IMG/VR virus record: IMGVR_UViG_3300025141_000029
Span: 64,001-128,000 of that record
DNA from: a virus
Reading direction: 5' to 3' (one strand)
Length of the DNA stretch: 64,000 bases
Notes under the pieces: generated by a model
Databases searched by the model: none
What the model saw: the letters and a program-made list of their open reading frames with translations, nothing else
Told to the model about the DNA's origin: nothing
In this document: one piece after another, positions 58,088 through 64,000 of the stretch
How positions within the stretch are numbered: position 1 is the stretch's first letter
Layout of the letters: every line of letters begins with the position of its first letter
Position numbers and translations under genes: made by a program

Positions 58088-58912
58088 TTATTCTCCTTTG
58101 CTTCTTTGAAAATTGTTAAATTCTATGCTTTTTTCTAGCATTTCAAATATTATATCATTTTCTTTGAGAAAGTTTAATAATTCTATAGAATCTTTAGGCA
58201 AGCATTTACCTCCATATCCAAATTTTCCATCAGGACCTGGAACCATTGTATGTTGTTCTCCGACCCATTCTGCTCTTGCAAAATGTTCGCGAAAAGAATC
58301 ATAATCTATATTTTCTTTTTCACAAAGATTATATAAATAATTACAATAACTTACTTTTAACCCATAAAAAGTATTTCTTGCTAATTTTAGTAGTTCGACC
58401 TCCGACCAATTCTGTGTTTCAAAGATTTTCACATCATGATTTCCCCTATAATCAAAAAAGGTCTCATAAAGATTTCTTACTTTCAAGGTATTTTCTTTTT
58501 TACCAGCCAGATAAAGCTCTTGTTGATTAACAAAATCTTCCATTGCGGTTCTTTGAGATAAAAACTCTGGATTAAAAACAATATTGTTTAGACGATAAAG
58601 TTGTGATAAAGTTTCACAGGTTCCAGCTGGAATTGTGGACTTAATAACAATTACAGAATTACTATTTTGATTTTCCTTTATAAAATCCTGGATACACGAT
58701 TCTACAATTGATATATCCAGGCGCCCATCTTTTAAATCCGTGGGAACATTAATAAAAATAACATCCGCATTATAGGCATTTCTTATGTGTTTAAGGGATT
58801 TATAGTCCGAGTTGAATGGGTCATATATGTTTGTCGGGAAAACGTCTTTAAGCTGTGCTGTAGCCTTTCCTACGAACCCGTAGCCTATTATTCCAATTGT
58901 TGTTTTGTCCAC
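58088..58912 (-). CDS. ugd: UDP-glucose/GDP-mannose dehydrogenase family (no C-terminal domain)
   Basis: GYGFVG Rossmann, VPT, IKST, FNPEFL and catalytic GYGGKCLPKD. Confidence 0.8.
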   Translation of the reverse strand: MDKTTIGIIGYGFVGKATAQLKDVFPTNIYDPFNSDYKSLKHIRNAYNADVIFINVPTDLKDGRLDISIVESCIQDFIKENQNSNSVIVIKSTIPAGTCETLSQLYRLNNIVFNPEFLSQRTAMEDFVNQQELYLAGKKENTLKVRNLYETFFDYRGNHDVKIFETQNWSEVELLKLARNTFYGLKVSYCNYLYNLCEKENIDYDSFREHFARAEWVGEQHTMVPGPDGKFGYGGKCLPKDSIELLNFLKENDIIFEMLEKSIEFNNFQRSKGE

Positions 58913-59739
58913 TCTTTGTACCTCTCAAAAATATATTCTGGTATATCAACTTTTCCATTCGCGCATAAATATAAGACATGTGTTTTTAAAGGGTTCCAGT
59001 TTTTAGTATATCTAATTTCATCTTTTTCTGTTACTGATGGTGTAGAAAATACGACATGGGGGGCGCCACATAAACTAGCTAGATGCATGGGGCCGGATGA
59101 TGGTCCAAAAACAGCTTCACAATTTCTCAATATATCAAATAATTCATTAAGTGGTATATTTCTTAAATCATCTGTTCCCTCAATATATCCAGATTCTTTG
59201 ATGGTGCCGATACATGCTATTTTTTTATCATCTTGTGATAACAGCTTAAGCAGTTTTTTCCAATTATCGAAAGACCAGTTATCTTGTTTTCTTAATTCTC
59301 TATTTCTTATATGAAAAATATAATCATATTTTTTCTCTCCAACATTGCCATATTTTTTGTATTTTGGCTTAATGTTTAGGTGTTTAAAGCTTACTTCTTC
59401 TGAATAATGTGTATATGGCGGAAAGCCAATTCTTCTAGGGGCGAATATGGTTGTATTGCTATCTACTATATCCTTGTTTTCATAAAGAATTTTTTTAGTA
59501 TAAGAAGGCATATCTAATCCGTGCATAAAAAAAGAATCAGATAATCCTCCAGGTGGACTTATATCAATAAATTTTGTTGCGAAATCTTGATATAAAGACC
59601 GCGAGGATGGTCGACATAAAACTATTATTTCATCAAAATGATCAGCCAACGAACGAATATATGCTTGCCAAGCAAATAATTCCCATCCAAATTCGCCAAC
59701 CCATGGGCCGGCTATTAATCTTTTATTTGATTTCGTCAT
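58888..59739 (-). CDS. Glycosyltransferase, GT9 (heptosyltransferase)-like
   Basis: NWSFDNWKKL, DLRNIPLNEL and SSGPMHLASLCGAP. Confidence 0.7.
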   Translation of the reverse strand: MTKSNKRLIAGPWVGEFGWELFAWQAYIRSLADHFDEIIVLCRPSSRSLYQDFATKFIDISPPGGLSDSFFMHGLDMPSYTKKILYENKDIVDSNTTIFAPRRIGFPPYTHYSEEVSFKHLNIKPKYKKYGNVGEKKYDYIFHIRNRELRKQDNWSFDNWKKLLKLLSQDDKKIACIGTIKESGYIEGTDDLRNIPLNELFDILRNCEAVFGPSSGPMHLASLCGAPHVVFSTPSVTEKDEIRYTKNWNPLKTHVLYLCANGKVDIPEYIFERYKEWTKQQLE

Positions 59740-60592
59740 ATAGATTTATTATTTGTTTAGCCCAATTCAGACGTGTAAACTGTTGTACTGTTTTACATCC
59801 ATATTCTGCAATTTTTTGTGTTTCTTGAGGATTTTGTAGATAATATTCTATTTTTTGATTTAAATCATTAATATTTTTAAAAATAATTAAATCTTTTCCA
59901 TCTATAAAATATTTCTCTCTATTATACCAATCATCTGAAATTAAAAATCCTTTTGTAGCTAATACCTTATAAACTCTATCGGATGCGCCGGATGCGGTAC
60001 AAAGATTTAAATTGATTTTACTTTTTGAAACCTCAAGTGCGTGCTTTCTACTATATGCATCAGAAATTATGTTAACCGGCTTATTGATTTGATTAATTAT
60101 TTGTGCGCGGTCGCCATATATATTGCCAATAAAACTGATATCATATTGTTTTTTGATATTGTGAGGCTTATCTATGTCAGAATCGTATCCTTCAAAAACA
60201 TGAAATGAGTTCTTGTTTATTTTCAAAGCTTCTTTGAGTACATTTTCTTTATCACAACAAAAATAATCTACTGCAGTAGTTTTTTCTCTAATCTCTTGAT
60301 TATAAGTAATTAAAGGATCCATAAACCACATGCATGTTTTGGTAAGTTTATTTATTTCTCTGAACGTTTGTAACGCTATAACATTACATTTACTATAAAT
60401 TACTAAATCAAAATTTCTATTTCTAATAGTAGAAACCAAATCTTTGTCTCTGCCCTCATTTCCCATCAAAGCAGCTTTTTGTCTGTAGTTGTAGCCAGAA
60501 ACTTCATGGCCTAATTTTTTAAGAGATAGAATTTGTGATACGTTAGTTGATTTACCTTCGCGGTCGAAGACGCCAATAAATAAAATTTTCAT
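59723..60592 (-). CDS. Glycosyltransferase (CgeB/Glyco_trans_1_2-like)
   Basis: WFMDP, YDISFIGN, SKINLN, SDRVYKVLATKGFLISD. Confidence 0.75.
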   Translation of the reverse strand: MKILFIGVFDREGKSTNVSQILSLKKLGHEVSGYNYRQKAALMGNEGRDKDLVSTIRNRNFDLVIYSKCNVIALQTFREINKLTKTCMWFMDPLITYNQEIREKTTAVDYFCCDKENVLKEALKINKNSFHVFEGYDSDIDKPHNIKKQYDISFIGNIYGDRAQIINQINKPVNIISDAYSRKHALEVSKSKINLNLCTASGASDRVYKVLATKGFLISDDWYNREKYFIDGKDLIIFKNINDLNQKIEYYLQNPQETQKIAEYGCKTVQQFTRLNWAKQIINLYDEIK

Positions 60593-60597
60593 TTATT

Positions 60598-61797
60598 TTA
60601 CTCTTCTTTTCTGTATGAAAGCATAAATTTAGTCATCAAATTTTCTAATTTAACCCAATCTTCTTCTGTTATTAAATGATTATTACCAATATAAAATCCC
60701 TTAAAATGTAAATCATCTACTTTTGGATAATTTTCCAAATCAAGATTCAAGTATCGTAAGAATGGCTGTCTCAATAAATTTCCGCTACATAGTGGTCTAG
60801 TTTCTATTCCATTGGTTGCAAGATATTGTTCTAGTTTATTTTTTAACTCCACTGATTCACAAAGAAACGGAAGTATAAAACTTGAATTACCCTCTATTTT
60901 AAAGCTAGTATCAAATTCTGTATAATTCAGCAACTTTATAAATCGATCAAGATTCTTTTTACGTTCTATTATACTACTGTCTAGATTCTTTAGTTGTGAC
61001 AGTCCTAGCACAGCATTTATTTCCATATTTCTAAAGTTATAGCCATCTGTTATAAAAAGGAATTGTGGGTGTACATCAGGATATTTTTCTATAATAGGTT
61101 GCTGAGCTTCTTTGCTCATTTCTCTTGCTAGCCCATGTGAACGTTTGGCTCTCATTAATTCATATAGTTCAGTATTGTTGGTTGATACAAATCCACCTTC
61201 TACTGTTGTCATATGATGACCAAAATAAAAACTAAACGTACCGCCTTCGCCAAATACACCTGCTTTTTTTTCATTTATCTCAACGCCATGTGATTCACAT
61301 ACATCTTCTGCTATAAGTGCATCAGGAAACAATTCTTTGTAATGATCTACATCGGCAGCGATTCCAAATAAATGTGTAATCCATATTAATTTAATATCCG
61401 GATGTTGTTGTTTTATTTGGCTCAAATGTTCTTTATCAAAACTAAAATCATAAGAATTAATATCACAAAATATAGGTTCTAACCCCAATTGAATTACAGG
61501 GCCAATATTGGTAACCCATGTCATGGAAGGTACCAGAACTTTATCGCCAGATTTAAGATTATATAGATCTTTTATAGCAGCCAACAATAAATAATTAGCA
61601 GTGCTGCCAGATGAAACAAATAAGGAATGTTTGCTGCCCAGCCAATTACTCCATTTGGCTTCAAATTCTCGAACTTTTACGCCATTAGTAAATCTATTAG
61701 TCGACTTTATAAAGTCTATCATGGCATCTTTATCAACATCTGTTATTATATTTTTCATTAAAGGCCAAAAGTGTTTCATTAATACCGCTTTTTTCAT
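60598..61797 (-). CDS. DegT/DnrJ-family PLP enzyme, ColD-like GDP-4-keto-6-deoxymannose 3-dehydratase
   Basis: [16 protein letters not shown] and [14 protein letters not shown] with His at the usual Lys position; adjacent to gmd. Confidence 0.75.
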   Translation of the reverse strand: MKKAVLMKHFWPLMKNIITDVDKDAMIDFIKSTNRFTNGVKVREFEAKWSNWLGSKHSLFVSSGSTANYLLLAAIKDLYNLKSGDKVLVPSMTWVTNIGPVIQLGLEPIFCDINSYDFSFDKEHLSQIKQQHPDIKLIWITHLFGIAADVDHYKELFPDALIAEDVCESHGVEINEKKAGVFGEGGTFSFYFGHHMTTVEGGFVSTNNTELYELMRAKRSHGLAREMSKEAQQPIIEKYPDVHPQFLFITDGYNFRNMEINAVLGLSQLKNLDSSIIERKKNLDRFIKLLNYTEFDTSFKIEGNSSFILPFLCESVELKNKLEQYLATNGIETRPLCSGNLLRQPFLRYLNLDLENYPKVDDLHFKGFYIGNNHLITEEDWVKLENLMTKFMLSYRKEE

Positions 61798-62786
61798 CGT
61801 AACTCTTCCTTTTCACCAAATCTTTTTATATATTCGTAGTCCTCTTTATACATCATTTCTGCTAATTGTTTGAATTTAATTTTTGGCTCCCACCCCAACA
61901 CACTTTTCGCTTTTGAATTATCGCCTAACAAGACTGGGACCTCATGTGGTCTGAAAAGACGAGGATCTATTTCAACGTGCTTGTCTATATGAAGTCCCGC
62001 ATAATCAAAAACCGTCTCCAAAAATTCTCTGACCGTATGTGTTTCCCCTGTGGCTATAACATAATCGTCTGGTTTTTTATTCTGTAGCATCAACCACATT
62101 GCCTCGACATAATCTCCCGCATATCCCCAGTCTCTTTTGGCGTCTAGATTTCCCAAACTTAATTTATCTTGCACTCCCAATTTAATCCTAGCAGCTGCCG
62201 TCGTAATCTTTCGAGTAACAAACGTCTCTCCTCTCCTAGGAGATTCGTGGTTAAATAAAATTCCCGACGATAAATGCATCCCATAACTTTCGCGATAATT
62301 TCTAACTATATTGTGACCAAATACCTTTGCGCATGCATACGGAGAGGCTGGCATAAAACGAGTGCTTTCATTCTGAGGAATTTGTGGATTATCTCCGAAC
62401 ATTTCAGAGGAAGATGCTTGATAAAATTTAATAGTTGGATCTATAGATCGAATTGCTTCTAAAATTCGCAACGTTCCCATAGCTATTATCTCCACCGTCT
62501 CTTCTGGAGCTTCAAATGAAACGCGCACATGTGACTGGGCTGCAAGATTATAAACTTCGTGGGGACCAAAGGTGGCTATAGCTCTATAGAGGGATCCTCC
62601 GTCAATTAGACTACCGTAAACTATTTTAAGATTAGGGTTGTCCAACAAATGATCAATCCTATCTGTACAAATGAGAGATGTCCTTCTTTTAACACCCATC
62701 ACCTCGTATCCCTTTTCCAAAAGCAATTCAGCCAAATAAGAACCATCTTGTCCGGTGATTCCGGTAATTAATGCCTTTTTTTTCAT
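61794..62786 (-). CDS. gmd: GDP-mannose 4,6-dehydratase
   Basis: [55 protein letters not shown]. Confidence 0.95.
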   Translation of the reverse strand: MKKKALITGITGQDGSYLAELLLEKGYEVMGVKRRTSLICTDRIDHLLDNPNLKIVYGSLIDGGSLYRAIATFGPHEVYNLAAQSHVRVSFEAPEETVEIIAMGTLRILEAIRSIDPTIKFYQASSSEMFGDNPQIPQNESTRFMPASPYACAKVFGHNIVRNYRESYGMHLSSGILFNHESPRRGETFVTRKITTAAARIKLGVQDKLSLGNLDAKRDWGYAGDYVEAMWLMLQNKKPDDYVIATGETHTVREFLETVFDYAGLHIDKHVEIDPRLFRPHEVPVLLGDNSKAKSVLGWEPKIKFKQLAEMMYKEDYEYIKRFGEKEELR

Positions 62787-62789
62787 ATA

Positions 62790-64000
62790 TTAAACCTTTT
62801 CAATGGGGTGAAAAAACTTACCCCCCTTCCTTCCATACCACACAACTTCCCTAGAGAATATTTTTCTATCTTCAAATGTCTTGGTGGGTAATATCTTAAG
62901 CTTATTTTGTTTCTCCTCTAATTGAGAAACCATCCCTGTCCGTGATTCCTCAAAAAATTCATGGACATCATAAAACAAAGTAAGATATTTAATTTCTTGA
63001 TTATTAAAACTCACTAGGCGCGCCTTTTGGTATGTCATGATATCATCTATCGCCTTATCCCCAGATAGCTGACAATACGATTTGTCAAGATATTCCCTCA
63101 CTTCCAAATAAAACGTATCCAATTCTTCTGAAATTCTTAAGAACGTCGCTTCTTCTGCTGGCCACAAAACATCCTCAAAATCTGGAACATGTTGGCCAAA
63201 ACTTTTTCCCTCAAATACTCCTTCAAGAAGACAGTCGATTTTTTGCAGCTCTGCCCCAATAAGTGTCTGAGGATTTTTTTCTCCATATTTAATAAAGCCC
63301 TCATAAAAATCTGAATATTTTATTCCGAAATGGTGGCGTAATGTTATGGCAATGGCTTGAAGCGGCCCTAATAAGTGCATGCTTTGTACTACCCAAGCGA
63401 ACTTAAAAGTCCTTTTGTATTCATTTCGTGACATAGAGTTAGTTCCGACTACGATCGTTTCACTTTCAACTACTTCGTCATTTTTTGCCCCATCCGAATG
63501 CGCTTGAAATATTGGGATATCTACCATATCAAGACCCAATTTAGTTTGATATTCTTTGCTACCCATTTCCGCGTTGGGCATTATAGAGCAATTATAAATA
63601 ACAATTCCAGAATGCTGGGAGCTATCTAAAAGGTTATCTATGCCGTCAACAAAAGATTGATATGTCTCCCCGGGAAGTGGAAGAATTAATTCTGTATAAG
63701 TAACTAAGCCGTTTTCTACATACTTTTTTTGCAAATCTCTAAAGAATGTCATTTTTATATTCTTCCGCTGGATATTAGCCAGGGTTGATTCATCAAGAGA
63801 CTGCATGCTAATACTCACGCCTTTGTTCATTCCTGCATTAGAAAAAATTTGTGCCAGTTTAAACACTCTGTCAGTTGAGTTCTTCGTAAAACACACTCTA
63901 AACTGATTGGGGAACCCCGTCTCAGATTTCTTTTCTGCTAACTTAAGGGCAAAATTAGTATCTCTCTCAAAGATACCAAAGTTAGCATCCGCCCCGAAAA
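62790..64000 (-). CDS. B12-binding-type radical SAM protein, 5' end outside the window
   Basis: Frame is open to the window end (FGADANFGIFERD); SMQSLD...NIQRKN and ELILPLPGET. Confidence 0.7.
   Translation of the reverse strand, partial: FGADANFGIFERDTNFALKLAEKKSETGFPNQFRVCFTKNSTDRVFKLAQIFSNAGMNKGVSISMQSLDESTLANIQRKNIKMTFFRDLQKKYVENGLVTYTELILPLPGETYQSFVDGIDNLLDSSQHSGIVIYNCSIMPNAEMGSKEYQTKLGLDMVDIPIFQAHSDGAKNDEVVESETIVVGTNSMSRNEYKRTFKFAWVVQSMHLLGPLQAIAITLRHHFGIKYSDFYEGFIKYGEKNPQTLIGAELQKIDCLLEGVFEGKSFGQHVPDFEDVLWPAEEATFLRISEELDTFYLEVREYLDKSYCQLSGDKAIDDIMTYQKARLVSFNNQEIKYLTLFYDVHEFFEESRTGMVSQLEEKQNKLKILPTKTFEDRKIFSREVVWYGRKGGKFFHPIEKV

Noticed and set aside
350-62462. All plus-strand ORFs and short nested minus-strand ORFs in the track
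   Set aside because: They are antisense or out-of-frame shadows of longer motif-bearing genes and show no recognisable motifs
1-64000. Stop-codon reassignment as seen in some large phages
   Set aside because: Conserved genes are full length in the standard code, and TAA, TAG and TGA all end genes at tight junctions

Overview
This is a 64-kb piece of a large, AT-rich (about 35% GC by eye) T4-like myovirus. All real genes lie on the minus strand, are densely packed, use the standard code and often have AGGAG-type ribosome binding sites. In transcription order (right to left) the modules are as follows. (1) A sugar-nucleotide and glycosylation cluster: B12 radical SAM, Gmd, ColD-like dehydratase, two glycosyltransferases and UDP-glucose dehydrogenase. 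(2) A gp55-like late sigma factor. (3) A baseplate/tail block of about 37 kb: gp5-like pieces with an amidase, gp25, gp6 and giant 2.8-kaa proteins, one with LamG domains. (4) RuvC and primase. (5) A phage tmRNA whose 5' end overlaps the primase stop codon. (6) Four small genes sharing an N-terminal MKITKxxLxxIIxEE tag. (7) A fatty-acid-hydroxylase-like gene and a fused Mre11-Rad50. (8) A holin/spanin-like cassette. (9) The head module: TerL, portal, prohead protease, more tagged proteins and ribosomal protein bS21. The most interesting signals, all hypotheses, are a capsid-targeting-tag cargo system, a tmRNA/primase overlap that could create a nonstop mRNA, a [ST]-[GAS]-S motif enriched in virion proteins next to a glycosylation cluster, a strong excess of the palindrome GCCGGC, and a candidate late promoter ACTA[TAC]TTA. 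All calls come from motif recognition and hand counts; no searches were run.
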